In this document: positions 1 to 15,029 of the stretch, piece after piece | Position numbering within the stretch: the stretch's first letter is position 1 | Layout: every line of letters starts with the position of its first letter | Assembly: GCF_963506605.1 (NCBI RefSeq) | Contig: NC_083280.1 | Span: 42,656,001 to 42,720,000 of the forward strand | Source: Zootoca vivipara | Lineage: Eukaryota | Direction of reading: 5' to 3' | DNA length: 64,000 bases | Notes under the pieces: model-generated | Told to the model about the DNA's origin: nothing | The model's input: only the letters and a program-made list of their open reading frames with translations | The model's database searches: none | Translations under genes and position numbers: made by a program

Positions 1-530
1 GGAGACCACATGGGTATCTACCGCTGGCCTAGAGAGACAGTATGCTTCTTGGCTATCATTTTCCTGGCTGGAAGAAGCACTGCAAGGAATCTTAGTTAAC
101 CCTTCAATTTTCAAAAGACTAGGACAGGCAGACTAGCACTGTGTTTCTTGCTTGTGGTGGGGGAAGAGCACTGTAGTGGGGAAGCAGAGAAGTGGAGGGC
201 AAATGCAGCTTCCCACTCCTTTTCCTGTAGATTAAATGGTTTTCAATTTGTGATAAGAAGTATAAGAAACTGCCTTATACCAATTGAGCCATTGCTCCAT
301 ACTCTGAGCGGAGGTCTCAAGCAAAAGGTCCATTTAACTGGAAGGAAATTTGGGACCTTCTGTATGCAGATCACGTGCTCTGCCTCTGAGCTGTGCAAAC
401 ATGAAAGGCAAGTTGCACTGTACCTGAAACTTGGATTCCCATGTCTAAATTTGTTTTAAGAAGTGCTGTTTAGTTTGGTGTAACAATCTACCTATCGTGA
501 TTTAACCTTTTGATACTTCCTTTTTCTTAG

Positions 531-3500
531 GAGTAAAAGCTGGGACCTGCACCATCTTAGATGTAGTTGAAAACTTGGGGTAAGTAGAAGATTGTGCAAC
601 AGCTTACTGCTCTGGGATGTATGTATGTATGTATGTATGTATGTATGTATGTATGTATGTATGTATGCCGGTGTCCAGGATGACTCTTTGGACTACTGCA
701 ACAACATTATAATTCTGTTGTTCAATGCTTAATGCCTGCCTGATGGATGCCCTTTGTCCACGCTGGGCAAAATTCAATTCAGATAAAATGACTTACATGA
801 TTAGGGTATCCTGAAACTTTGCTACCCTGACATTGGGATGAGTAACTCAAGGTTTTGGGCTACATGCTTTCAGGTCTTCCCAGTATTTCCCTAGCAATCT
901 GGGAGGAGAGTGCCTCCATGGCAGTTAGGTGTACATATTGTTGGCAGAGCAGTTGCTAGCGCCTCCATTTAGCCAACCAGATAAACTGCAGGGCACTCTT
1001 ATGGGTAGATGTTTGGCCTAGGCTGGTAGCTACGTTAAATGGTGGTGATGAGCCCTCCTCTCAATGTAGCATAGAGGTTAAATTTGGATTGCAAGCCAGG
1101 AAATCATTGGTTAAATTTTACCTTGGCCACAGATTTACTAGACAAGTAGTTATTCTCTCAAATGCTCTCCCTCCACACTCACTTCACATTCCTGACATGA
1201 GTAGATTGCTCTGGTGGGAATCAGCCTGAAGGAAAAATGAAAACTCCCTTTCTTATCCTGATGGTCAGACTGCCAGATGTAGTCATTGCTCATTGCAAGG
1301 AAGCAGTCTGTTGAGTGAAGAGCACCTATGTGGTGGACCAGAACAGAGCAAAGAGGAATATATTGACACGTCAGTGTTCTTTAAACAACTGCAAACATTG
1401 TTCTTTGTGTATATATCTCAGATAGTGCAGAAGCATTTTAACCATTAATTTAATTTGTACTTTGGGTTCATTATTGTGGTTCCCACCAACCTTGAATTCC
1501 TTGGAATTTAAAACAGGCATAGGGAGCCTGTGGCCATCCAGTGTTGTTGGACCACAGCAGCCTTCATCATCCCTGACCATGGACCATCCTGGCTGAGACT
1601 GGTAGGCGCTGAGGTCTTAGAACATCTAGAAGGCCCCAGCTTCCTGATCCCTACCTTAAACTGTATAGCAATCTTCCATTGGCAGTAATGTGCCAGGAGC
1701 TGATGCTGAGCATATTGTGGCAGGGTTAGACATCAGCACAGGCTACCATGACAAAGTGGTTGGCTACAAAATCCAAGTCATAGGTTGCATTCATATATTG
1801 CTTTAATTGCGATACTTTTGGGGCCATTCGGTGAATGGCTATAAGTACAAATTAAAAATAAATAAGCATATCAATTTAGATTGAGCCTAGCCTCCCCACA
1901 GACTTCACACTACCTGCTCCCCATGCCTCATTCAGCACAATCACCACTTGATTGAAAACTTTCACTTCAGTTTTAGATTAATCATGGTTTAGTATGTCAT
2001 GTGAACCCAAAACTGTAGGTAATCTTAATAGTTAGTGAAAACAAGCCAACTTCATTAACTGATTTGAAGCTGGCTTGTTTCCACTTCTCACAGTGTAGAT
2101 TAACCACAGTTTGTCAAGGTTTAAGCGGTGCAGCGAGCTTGTAGTTAATCAAGAAGAGAAGCCAAAGCTTCTGAACTCCTGTTGCCCAGACGATGGTCAG
2201 ATGATGGAGCATGTGAGCCTGGTGGGGCCTAGGCTCTATTTCCCTAAAGCTAAACTAGCCCAAACCAGCCAATAAATCATGACGCCCTGGACAAAAGGGA
2301 GGAAGCCAAACACATAATGTAGGGACATAGGAATCTGCCTTGGACAGCGTCAGATCATTGGTCCATCTAGCCCAGTTTTGTTGACAGTGACTGGCATTGG
2401 CTTTCTGGGGTTTCAGGCAGGGAGTTTTTCCCAGGCTTACCTGGAGAAGCTGGGGATTGAACCTGGGACCTTCTGCTTGCACAGCAAGTGCTCTTCCACT
2501 GAGCTACAGCCTTTTTTCTCCTAATCACTTTTATGTTGGCTCATAACTTATGAAGCCCCGATCAAAAGGAAGGGAAGCTGATCACTTAACTGAATCATCA
2601 AATTAAATCAGAATACTGTCTCTCATTGCCCCCCCGCCAAACTCGCTGAAACAACATATTTCACTGTCTTCTCTTCCTTCTATGGCCTGTAAAATCTTCA
2701 TTTTGTGTCTGTAAATACAGGTCTCCTCTTAAGAATGCAGATCCTCGGATGCGTGCACAGGGCATCCAAACGCTTTCTGAAGTCCTCCTGCAATGCTACT
2801 CCCTCCTTCAAGAGCAGGAAGGTAAGACATATGGGCTCAGTCCTCACTCTTTTGCAACCATGGAGAGTGCTGCTTCAGGAGCTGGCCTCAGCATTCAAGG
2901 GATCATGCCCGAGGGTAGTGATTAGCAGCAGGAGGTTAGGCAGGCAGGAGTCAATGACTCAGTGGTTTTTGACACGCCATATGCTTCTTCGTTGAGTAAC
3001 TGGGGTGAACTCAGGTTTATTGAAAGCTCTAACTTTCTGTTAGAAAGCGGTTAAATGTTTGGAAGAGAGTGAAGATGGAAGGCAATGCCTTACTGAAGCA
3101 GTAAGGAGTAATGTATTTTGTACTTTCAAGAGGATTATGGATTTTAGGGTGACACAGAGAGGGAGGGCTTGACTTAATGGTATGACTCTCCTGGAATACT
3201 GAGACTCCTGCCTGAGTTTTCCCAAATGTGTATAAGCTAGTTTCAGACCCTTGGCAGTGCCCATCACTAAGTGGCTTCACAGGGACCTCTTTACCATGCT
3301 GTGGTCCAGAGCTATGTGGGTAGCATTGTTAACTTTCAATAATCATAATAATATCTGCAATCCCAAGAACACATGATTAGAGGCAGTCTGAGATATGGTT
3401 CTGCACCAAAGAATGTCCTATGAGATGGGAGATCTTAAGTGTTCAGTTAGCTTGCAGTTTCCCTTTCAGAATGTCCTCTTGCTGTTTCTTTGGTCATAGT

Positions 3501-6500
3501 GCTAGGTATTTTATGTTTGTGTGCAACCACTTATCGGTCATCAGATGAATTTTTTAAAATAGGTCTGAGGAGCCAAGAGTAGGGGGAGAATGCCTGTATT
3601 GCCAAGTGACCTGTAATGATTCTGCATTTTCCTTCATCCTTTCAAATCTGCTGAGGTGGATGTGGATGCCAATTTGCCCCATGGATCTCTATTTGTGGTA
3701 GCTAAGCCCAGCTACCACCATAGCCCTAGTTTCTGATAATGCTTTTCTGTTCCAGTGTCCCACCTGGTCTTGTTCTATGAGAACCGGCTGAAAGATCATC
3801 ACCTGGTCATTTCTTCTGTGCTGCAGGGACTCAAAGCTCTGGTGAGAATTTTTTTCATGGTAGTCATTCTCGTTTATTCATTTCTGTTTTGCAACTTAAT
3901 ATAAAAGTATATGTATGTAGTGCCCTAGATCTTGGTTAAAACCAAAACACAACACAATAAAATCGGAGCAAAATATATTAAAGAAACAGAAATACAGAAT
4001 GGATCACCTGATAAGATTATTACGAAAAAGCAAATAATTTTTATAAGAAGCCTTGCAGAAATAATCAAGTGATAGCAATCTGTGGCAAAACTGGGGACAC
4101 TGTCTCTTCATCTGCTCAGTGGTAAAAAATTAAGGTTCCCCAAGGATAGTAGATTGACAGCTCTGGCTCATTTAACAGAGACCATTGAAAGCTGCTACAA
4201 GACAGGCTGATTAAGGTAGTAGGTGCTGGTGTAGAAATAATCTTTTCTGAATCCACTTGGGATTTATAGGGATTAGATAAAGGTAAAGGGACCAACTGGG
4301 GTTGCAGCGCTCACCTCGCGTTATTGGCCGAGGGAGCCGGCGTACAGCTTCCAGGTCATGTGGCCAGCATGACAAAGCCGCTTCTGGCGAACCAGAGCAG
4401 CACACAGAAATGCCATTTACCTTCCTGCTGTAGCGGTACCTATTTATCTACTTGCACTTTGAGTTGCTTTTGAACTGCTAGGTTGGCAGGAGCTGAGACC
4501 GAGCAAGGGAAGCTCACCCCGTCGCGGGGATTCGAACCGCTGACCTTCTGATCAGCAAGCCCTAGGCTCTGTGGTTTAACCCACAGCACCACCCGCGTCC
4601 CTTATAGGGATTAATTAACAGTGAATTTCCCCCCTTTCTCTCTTAATGATTGGGTCATTCTCACACTGATTAAATGATGGACTCCTTTTCTTTGTTTCCA
4701 TTGCACTGACTGTTAATATGCCATACAGGGCAGTCTGAGGCCTTAAGCATGCTAACCGGCAGCCATTCTTACATGTAGATGGGTTCTGAGTTGTTACCAT
4801 TACTTTCCTTGTCTCTAGAGTATGTGTGTGGCGTTGGCTCCAGGCCTGGCAGTGTCTGTTCTCAAAGCCATTTTCCAGGAGGTTCATGTCCAGGTAAGTG
4901 TGAGAAGCCCTGATAAATACTCTAAATTTTGCCTTTGCGTTCCACATCCATGCTTTGGCCTTTCTGTTCTCATTATTATTATTAAACTTATTCCTGAAGT
5001 ATCCTGTACGTACTTCATGTGGTCCCTCTTGGTGGACAATAGACAGCAAAGACCTGCTCATCAATATTTTCTTGCTGTCAAGAGAATTGAAGCACTGGGT
5101 CATGGCAGAAGTTCTGAGAATCATCTCCCCTGCTCTTTGACACTGTCTAAACGATATTAGGAAATCTGAGACTTGATCATTTTATGGCTGTATTACTGAT
5201 ATTTTGTAATGGGCCATTGTTGTAAGTCATCTTAGATGTCCATTGCCTAGAAAGACAGGCTAGAAATAGTTTATTAAATAAATAAATAAAACTATGAAAC
5301 ACAACCTGGGGGAATATTGCACCAGAGCTGGATATAGGTTCAAATTTATCTTGACGTTAAGTTGCCTTTGGCAAGTAACTATATTAGCTGCCATTCTTTA
5401 TCTACTCCCCACTGCCCTTATTAATAACCTTATTTGAAAGAGTAGTTGGGTGGGTGGACAAGATGAGATTGTGGCAACTTCTCTGAGCCTTGAGTAATTA
5501 AATATAAAAGGAGTGGACACATGTATCCTGTGTGTGTGGTAATGTATGCAAATTCTGCTGTGAAATGCCTCTAGTTCCGATGTGAATGTGTATACTGTAT
5601 CTTGATTTTCACATGGGACATTAAGGGAATTGGAGCTGCTCTCAGCAAGACTAAAAATAAAGATAGAGAGGATGTTATGGAAGGCAAATTAGGCACCCAA
5701 ATCTACAGACCAGACTATGATAACATGAACTGGAGAGGATCATAACAAAAACATAAATCTCTAAGGCTTGGAACAGGTTCACGTAATACTGCTTTATTTC
5801 CCAGCTCTGCTTTTCTTATCTTCCAGTCTTTGCTGCAAGCGGATCGCCATACAATCTACAGTATCATTACTAACTTCATGAGCACTCGAGAGGCAGGTGA
5901 GATGGATGGCTGGCTGTGGAAGGGGCTGAGTCGGACACCCTGCTGGAAAACCCTGGGAATTTCCTTACCTGCTGCTTTTCCCCTGCAGAACTGAAAGGTC
6001 TGGGTGCCGATTTCACCTTCGGGTTCATCCAGGTGATGGATGGAGAGAAGGACCCACGCAACCTGTTAAAAGCCTTCCAGATCGTACGCGACATCATTGT
6101 GAAAGGCTATGCATTGGGTATGTCCAAGTCCTTGTCAGTGTGGGGAAGCCCATGTTGGAAGCGGTTGGTTGATTGGTTAAACTTCTGATCATGCCTGCGG
6201 TGTGTGAGGATGCAGGCTGCACGGGGAGCTTGTTAAAGCGTGCATAGCTTTGGAATCATTGAACATAGAACCACAGGTTATACCTGCTGTTGAGGCCATG
6301 GACTACTCCCTTTCTCTTTCTATCTCTCAATTTGTGGCCTGTGAGAATGGTAGCACTAAATAGGATGTAAATAAATAGTCCGTGTGCAGACTTATGACTG
6401 ACTGTTTTGGTCATACTGCTGTCTTCACCTCTCAGGGCCCTTCACAGAGGAGTTGTTTGAGGTGACTTCCTGCTACTTCCCCATCGACTTTACCCCTGTG

Positions 6501-6882
6501 AGTGAGTAAATCTGGTGCTTTGTCCCTCCTTCACAATGCTTGGATATGGGTGTTGGAGCAGGATAGTTTGTGTAATGCCTGGAACTGGGGGTGTCCATAT
6601 GGAGATGGGTTTATTCAGCACATTAATGTCTAAATCTTTCCATTTTGCTTCTGTTCCAGCCCTCCAATGATCCTCATGGAATCCAGAGGGAAGACTTGAT
6701 CATCAGCCTGCGGGCAGTGCTGACCTCCACTCCCATTTTTGCTGAGGTAGGGCCGTTGTGTATCATGGCTGAAGTCTGTTTTCTATGCCCTGTGGGTTCT
6801 TCCTGAGACCCTGTAGCAGAGTTGGTTCCCATCCTGATATACTATGTTGAGCAATAATCCATTGACAGAGTTGGGGTGGACA

Positions 6883-6913
<31 letters not shown>

Positions 6914-9900
6914 TTATACATACATACTGTACATACATACATCCATCCATACCCTGCCCATCTGGCTGAGTTTCCTCAGCCACTCTGAGCAGCTCCCAAC
7001 AGAATTAAAAGCACAATAAAACATCAAACATTAAAAACTTCCCTTACTGGGGCCCATGATGCAGCCATTTATAATAGTTCCTCATCAACAGAAGATGTTG
7101 TGGAAGGGGACATTGATTGCAGATCTTCCCTCCCCCTTGCGCCACCTCTCATGCTGCTCTTGACAAGATTTTTGAAGGGCCAAAGAAGTTGTAAGGTGAA
7201 ATTTCCTTCTTCTCTTGATGGGAGCATCACATTGTCAGAGCCTTCGTTAGGATAAGCCAACGCATTTAATCACAGAACAAGCATATTGTAGAGATAATTT
7301 TACCCTTAACTTTGAGACTTCAGTCTATTGCAGATATATGAGTTGGGGAGTATATTTACTCCGGTCCCTTTGCATTTCCCAACACTGATCTTTCAAACTG
7401 CTACTACCATCAGACTTTGGACAGAGAGATTGATTTATAGATATAAATAAATACAGTGGTACCTCGCTAGACGAATGCCTCACAAGACGAAAAACTCGCA
7501 AAACGAAAGCATTTTGCGATTTCAATGGAGACCCGCAAGACAAAGTTTCCTATGGCGCGCTTCGCAATATGAATTTTTTCCGTCCCATAGGGTGCCTCGC
7601 AAGATGAATTATTTTTTTTGTCTTGCGAGGCACCCTATGGGAAACCGTACTTCAATGGGAGCCGCTTCGCAAAACGAAATTTTCGCTATACGAAGCGACT
7701 TGCGGGACGAATTAAATTCTTCTTTATTTTTTAAAAAGCTGGGATTAATGGCTCTCTGAAATGGCCCGTATGCTACACAAATTGCTGCTGTGGTAGGTAT
7801 ATTTTGCCCCTCATAGAATTAGAATAAAGTCAGAAAGTTATGAAACTCCCAGAGCAATCTTAACTCTGGCCCGGCAGCAGTGGGCACCTGAGCATCATAT
7901 CCAAAGCCCTGCCAGGCAAAAGGTGGGGAGTGTTTTTTCCTGATTTTTTGCTACACCAGCTCCAGTCAGGTGCAGCTTAGAGCCTGATGATCCTCTCAGA
8001 GCTTTCTAGTGGCTACTGCCAGCAAAACCACCAGTGGTAGCTTCCTGCCTGCATGAGTGAATCTAGACCCTCTACAATGATGGACACTCCCCTCCCGCTC
8101 ACACAAATAGCAGCACTCTTTGGCTAAGGTGATAGCAGACTGTCCAGTATTCGAACACAAATACCCGGTCACTAGCAAGGTAGTGTCGGTGGGGAGTATT
8201 GCATTGTGCTCTTTTTATGGGTTTTACATTGATTTGTGAGGCCTGCTTGTTTGGGCTCTGGTCTGATCTTCTGAGGTATAATAATATTATGCTGAGCAAA
8301 GTATATTGAGATTTCCAGGATCATCTCTCCTTACAGTTCCTGATCCCGTTGCTCATTGAGAAAATGGACTCTGACGTACAAAGTGCCAAGCTGGACTCCC
8401 TGCAAACCCTGGTAAGAGCCCTGAGCAAAGGTATCAAGGCTCCGCAGTAGGTTGCCATGCAGCCCTCTCTGCTCCTGCAGCTTTTCTCAAAGCAAGCCTG
8501 CAGTTTTCTCTTTCCCCTGCACTGGGATTTATGTGCCCTTCAAGCTGATTTAAGGGGTGGCAGGTGGCTCTGGTGCTGCTTCTAGGTAATGCAGCATCTT
8601 GACTGCAAATTAACAACACACCCCTGATGACTCGTGTCTGACTCTCACCCCCACCCACCCCCACCTTTCTTTCTTTTGCAGAATGCTGCCTGCATGATCT
8701 ATGGGGAGAAGGAGCTGAAGGAGTTCCTACCCAGCCTTTGGTCGTCCCTGCGCAGGGAGGTGAGAGGAGTGACGATTCCCAAAGCGAGGTGGTTCTGGTG
8801 TCCTGTGAAAGTGCATCCATCACATTGTTCCTGCTCTCTGTGTCTGGGGACTGCTTGAAACATTATATACCGTATTGGCCTGAATATAAGCCTCACTTTT
8901 TTTCTAAATTCCGACCGTGAAAAGTTAAAGTGTGGTTTAAATTTAAATTCGTGACCTTACAAAAATTGCCTTTTGCGATATTGCTGCTGAAACAGATATT
9001 CAGTAAAACGGAAGGGATGTGAGTGCCTGCGGAATTTTAAGGGAGTGGCTTATATTCAGGTACCCCCCCTTTCCCCCTTGAATTTTAAAGGTGTGGCTTA
9101 TATTTGTGTGCGGCATATATTTGTGCCAATACAGTAGTTTCATTACAATGAATTATCTGTTGTAATATTTGACGGACCTGTAATCCTCTCCCCCATTCAT
9201 TACCAGTATGATCACTGGCTGGATCACTGGATTACTTGCTGGATTGCAGGATCACTGACTGGATTCTTTGCAGGATTGTCTGCACTGTACAGCTGATTCT
9301 CCTCCTGCTCCTCAACAGGTGTTCCAGACAGCAAGTGAGAAGATTGAAGCAGAAGGTCTGTCTGCTTTGCGTGCTCTGTCAACATGTCTGTCCCGCTTGG
9401 TGCTCAGTTCTGATGATGAGGATCTTTTAGATTCCTTCCTTACAAGCATTCTGCAAGGTAACCTTTGGAGCAACATCCCTTTTCTAGCATCTTTCCAGTC
9501 TTGTGAAAGACCTTCCATTTCTAATTCATAAACTGCTGCTTGGAGGAAATGACCACTTCCCCAAGGGAAAAATATCTCCTCATGCTATTACAGCCATGGC
9601 TTACAGGACTGGAGGGAAGGGGTGGAACCTGGAGCTGACTTGTGGGAAGGCAGCAAGTTCTCCACTAAGCTTTGAAACTGTTTGCAGTTTGCAAGCTGGT
9701 GGAATTAAGTAGTGCTATTTCTTGCTGGGATTTCTGCAGTGGCATCGGGAGTGATACTGTTTCTCCCAAGCGTTCTTACCTGTTTCAGATTGCAGACACC
9801 ATCTGTGTGAGCCTGACATGAAGCTGGTGTGGCCAAGTGCCAAACTCTTGCAGGCGGCTGCAGGGGCCTCTTTGCGAGCCTATTACCGGATCACATACAG

Positions 9901-12900
9901 TGTACTTCCCTTGCTGGTGGAACAGTACACCAAGCATGAGCAGGTGAGGACAAATGGGAGCGGAATATGCTTGGATGGAGAGTAGTGAAAGGGGCTTAGG
10001 TAACTGCAATCTCATATTAAGGGATGTTTAGTGGCATATACCTGCCCCAGGCATATGCTTGGGCTCAAATTCCATGTAGGACAATGGCCTGCAGAACTTG
10101 TCTCTCCTTCTGTGTCTTAGTCCCTTCAACCCATCCTCTGCCCTTTTTGATCTCTTGTAGAGTAGCCAGCACAGGACAATCTTGGAAGTGCTGCTTGGTT
10201 TCTTGGAGCTGCGGCAACAGTGGGGGCCTGAGGAAGACGGTGAGATGGTTCTCCATTCTTCTTGTGCTGCCTTCTGCAGCATCCTGGGCTTCCAATGTTC
10301 CTGTCTTGCCCAGAGCAGTTGTTTGCAGAGAAGAGTCACCTTAATCTATGGGTTTTAGCAATGGCCTGTCTGGGAAGGGGGTTGGGCAGTGAGATGGGTG
10401 CAGTAATAGGGAGAAGAGAAATGCAGAGACAACAGAATTGAAAAACAAAGAGTTTGACAGGATAGCTTCCCAGAAGAAATTCTAGCTCTTGTGGACGGTG
10501 AGAGAAGTCTTAGATAATGTACACAAAAGAGTTGGGCTCCAACTACAGCACACCTTTAAAGCAGTATCATATCACCTTAAACAACAGATAGTTGTTTGGA
10601 GACCAATATTCCCCTCACAGAGCTACAATTCCCAGAGTGGTTTAACAATCAATCCCTGTTCTAACAACTCTCAGCACCCTTAACAAACCAAGGTTCCCAG
10701 GATTCTTTGGGGGAAGAAGCCATGACTGTTTGAAGTGGTATGAGAATGCTTTAAATGCAATGCATTTGGGACCCCAGCCAAGTATTCCAGAACCAAAGCT
10801 TCTTTGAGCATGGCTTTCAGTGACCAAGTAGAAATGCTTTTTGCAGGATGACGTGGTGACTGCAGTTGAGTAAACTTGGTGGATGACTGCTCTTAATGAG
10901 CAATCCATCTGCGTTCTTTTCTTATCCATGTACCATTGCTGACCACTCAGAATTTTAGGAAGTTTCTCATTCCTCACTATCTAAATTCTGATCACAGTCC
11001 TCTCAGACTCCGGGTTAGAAAGTAAAGTGCCCCTACCAAGGACCTTGTAATTTCTAGTGATTCGTGCCCAGGATGGTCAGTCTCATGACACTGCCTGTTT
11101 CTCTCCCTTGCAGACAAGAGTCCACTGCTTTGCTTCAAAGACTCCCTGTGTTCCGTGGTGTTCTCTGCACTTTCTGAGTCCAGTGTGCAACTTCAGTTGG
11201 TTGGCATCCGGGTTCTGACCTTTCTAGGATCACTGCAAGGTATTGTGTTGATCTGTGGGTTACTTACTCCCAGGAGTCAGGAAAGAATTACGGCTTGTTT
11301 AGAGATTTCCCCCTTGGTGTGCATTCCTTTACAGATCCACCTAGTGTGCACACAGACCTGTTTCCATCATGTGTGTGCAGCCAGACAGCTGGACTTGAAT
11401 CAGATTAGGTACTGTCCCACCCCACCTTGCATAACTTGAACTGTATGGGCTGCAGACAGCCTCTAGGAAGTGGAATGCAATATAGTAAAACTGGCACTGA
11501 TAGCAGAGTGTTGCTACTAGGGAAAGGAAAAGCTTTGGACTTCAGTCTGTCTTCTGTTTCAGGGCTCCTGACCCTCTCAGATGTGGAGATGTTTGTGGAT
11601 CACCTTACAAAGTTAATCTTGCATGAGGACGATTCCCAGACGAGGTGAGGGGTGGAAACAAGGCTGGACCCTGTGGGTGCAAGGGAAATGGCAGGCATTG
11701 TTGAACTTCCCAGAATTGTCTTTGGGCTTAATCTCTTTCTAAATATTGAAAATGTTTACATTCTTTTAGTTCGTTACCTGTAAATGGCAAATGACAAGGT
11801 TTCTAATACAGTCTCATGAATTACTCATTTCTTAATCCAATATTCTGCTTCTGTTTGGTGTTGTCTTACTCTGATCTGTTAAGGTTTGCATGTGTATTAA
11901 TTAAGAAAAGGGCTTTACTGATACTGCTTTTATGATCTTTTTTCATCCTTAAGTTTTGTACTATAACACCCTTTGGTTTATCATGCTTTGTTCTAATGTG
12001 TGAATAGAGCGCATATCCTCATTCTCTTAGCACAGATTCATTTCAGTCTGAACCCAATAGTGTAGTTAAACATTCTTCCGTAAAAATGTCCCTCGTAGTA
12101 TAATAATCTCTAAATCCCTTTTTTTTATGTCTAGCTTGCTAACATCCTGTTGTTTGTTTTAAGATTTCAAGCGCTATATCTTTTCCTCTGCCCTTCCTGC
12201 ATTTCCTATTCAGTGTGCTGTGCATCCAAACCTGCCAGTCACAGGACAGTTCCCAAACAGATCCAGTGATACCTTTTCATAGTTTCTATAGTGATGTGAG
12301 AATCCCACCCTCTTCTGATAAGTTCTTAGATGAACCCAGGTGGAGTGAGCTTAACAAAACCCTGGGCAGTCTGCATCGCTGTCTAACTGCATTCTTGTCC
12401 AAAGAGCTCTTGTAATCAAGGGAACATTTTTATAAAATGTAATGCACGCACAACTCGATATTACAATTATAAAATTAGATTACCACAGAAAGGACTGTGA
12501 GTTGCTTTACGGTATTGAGTGACCAACGAGTTCACCCATCCTTGCACACTCCTTTATCCCTGCAGCATGGTAGCTATGGAGGCGGCTGGACGCCTGGCTC
12601 CCCTCTATCCACAAGCCTTCAGCAAGTGCTTGGTTCAGAAGTTCTCAGAAGGGCTGCAATCAGGTACAGCATGCAAGTTGGGCGGGTTGTGGGGAAGTGG
12701 ATGTCCTCTCTTTTTCTGCCTTTACTAAGCATTTGTGCAGAGGTTCACAGCGTCTGTCCCTGAGTGCTAGCTGCATTGTAGGCAGAGCCGTTGCAGGGGA
12801 CTTTGACTTGTATCTGCACAGTCTCTGTACCTTGAGGAACGTGAGTAAGGCCAAATGGGCAGACTGATAGGTTAGCTCCAGGTCCAAGAATCAACTATTC

Positions 12901-14978
12901 CCAAATCCCTGTGCGTGTGGAGGGGTAAAAGGTGGTGCCTCCATGGCCTTGTCCCTAGGGACAAATTCATTGACTGGCTGTTGTGTTCTGTATGGTGTTT
13001 CAGAGCTTCAGGAGGACAGCAATCCATCCCAGCAGGAACGTCGCCTGCAGGCTCTAGCAGCTGTGTCCACACACCCTAGTATAGTGAGGGAAACAGTTCC
13101 AGTCCTGCTGCAGCACTTCCAGCAGATTCAGCAAGGTAGTGTAAGAACTGTATGTGGTAAACTATTGATACTTTGGAAGCGGGGAACCTAGCCCAGTGCT
13201 TGGGACAGCAATAACAGAAGGGCTCAGCACCTGTGTGTCATTAATAGGATGTGTAAGATTGGGAAGGGCTGGAGCTCAGTAGTAGAGCATCTGCTAAACA
13301 TGGAGAAGGCCCCAGGTTCAATCCCTGGCATCTCCAGAAAAGACTGGATACCTCAGTTGGTTAAAGTGTGGTGCTGATAATGGCAAGGTTGCAGGTTCGA
13401 TCCCTGTATGGGACAGCTGCGTATTCCTGCATTGCAGGGGGCGTAGCTGCCAAGTTTTCCCTTTTCTCATGAGGAAGCCTATTCAGCATAAGGGAATTTC
13501 CCTGAAAAAAGGGATAACTTGGCAGCTATGGCAGGGGGTTGAACTAGATGATCCCCAGGGTCCCTTCCAACCCTACAATTTATGTTTCCATGACTTCCTG
13601 TCTGAAACACTGAAGAGCCACTGCCAGTCAGTGTAGACAGCTCTGAGTTAGGTGGACCCAGGGGCCTGATTCCTTGTAAGGCAGAGCTTCCTTGTTCGTA
13701 TGGAAGGGGTTAGTAGAGAGCTGTTTGTACAGTCCCATAATTCTGTCATTAGCGGGAGAAGTACAGCTTGTTGTTGGAAGCCTAGGACCATCAGTCTTTG
13801 ACTGTTTTGGCCCTTAACCCATTTCTGACACAATGTGATGCCTTTAAATGGCCATGGTGATAATGTATTAGTAATTAAAAAAAAAAACTTGGAACTGGTA
13901 ACCTCCACCCTGAATGCTCTTTTGAATTTTTTATTTTGCAGAGAGTATACCTGCAAATACCCATTCTGTGGTGTCTGTGTGCCAGAGTCTGCAGCAGGTG
14001 GCATTCCAGTGCCAGCAAGATGCTCAGAGTTACTGGTACTTCCACCAGGCTGTGGTGCCCTGCTTGGTGGGCTTAGCAGTCAAGGCTGCGATGCAAGGTA
14101 AGGTGGGGAGATGAGCACAGACCCTGTGCTCCCCGAACCAGGCCAGTACCCACAGCTCAGGTGGGGTTCTGTATACTTTCGAACCTTGAGAGAAAGGGAA
14201 GGACCTTTCCCTTGTGCTGGGCTGGCCTTTACCCACTCGGGGACAATCTCAGTGTCCCTGTCAGGTGTCCATTATGCAGGTGGCAAACTGAAAGGCAGAC
14301 CTTGGAGCTGATAGGATTCCAGGAATTGTCTCCATCCCCTCACATTTATCCCCCCCCCCCGCTTTTCGTGACTATTTTCAGAGAATTCCCATACATTGCC
14401 AAGCAGTGTGTTGCTGAAGGAAGAAGCCTTATCAGCCATGGTATCGGTCATCAGCAGTGCGTGTACGCACCTAAGACCAGAGTGAGTAACAGCTGCTGCC
14501 ATCCTGTGATCTCTGTCCCTGCAGAGTGACAAGTAGTGATGCACAATCTTTGTGCTTTTGGATAAGGTTAGGTTCTAGCATGACTCCATGAACAGAAGTG
14601 CAGGCAGTCTCCCCTTCCCCTCCTTGGTGTTTTTATACTACTGTCAGATGTCAAGGAAATGAAACAACTATCTTGACTTTTGGAAGACATCTGAAGGAGG
14701 CCCTGTATAGGAAAGTTTTTAATGTTTGATGTTTTAATTTGTTGGAAGCTGCCCAGAGTGGCTGGGGCAACGCAGTCAGATGGGCAGCATATAAATAATG
14801 AATTGTTATATTATTATGTGCTGTAAACCAGTGTTCTTGTTTCTTCTTCCTGGCAGGCAGGCTGCCCAGAGTGTCTCCAAAGTGGTTCCCCTCTTCTTGG
14901 ATGGAGAGCTTTCCTTCCAACCTGGAAACACCTTTCCCACCACTTTCCAGCCCTTCCAGGTATCTTGTATGAGTGAGG

Positions 14979-15029
<51 letters not shown>

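Larger units (their letters stand above)
13267..13692 (+). mobile_element. tRNA-derived SINE interrupted by a second SINE
   Basis: Head GGGCTGGAGCTCAGTAGTAGAGCATC...GGTTCAATCCCTGGCATCTCCAG at 13267-13340; body resumes ~13593-13692. Confidence 0.75.

Noticed and set aside
13267-13410. Functional tRNA genes (also 2440-2510, 16644-16700, 30634-30700)
   Set aside because: Degenerate tRNA-like heads continue directly into SINE bodies and tails, with mismatched stems
14960-14968. GTATCTTGT donor as a possible third U12 intron (MMS19)
   Set aside because: Deviates from GTATCCTT, and the intron has an ordinary pyrimidine tract directly before the AG; treated as U2-type
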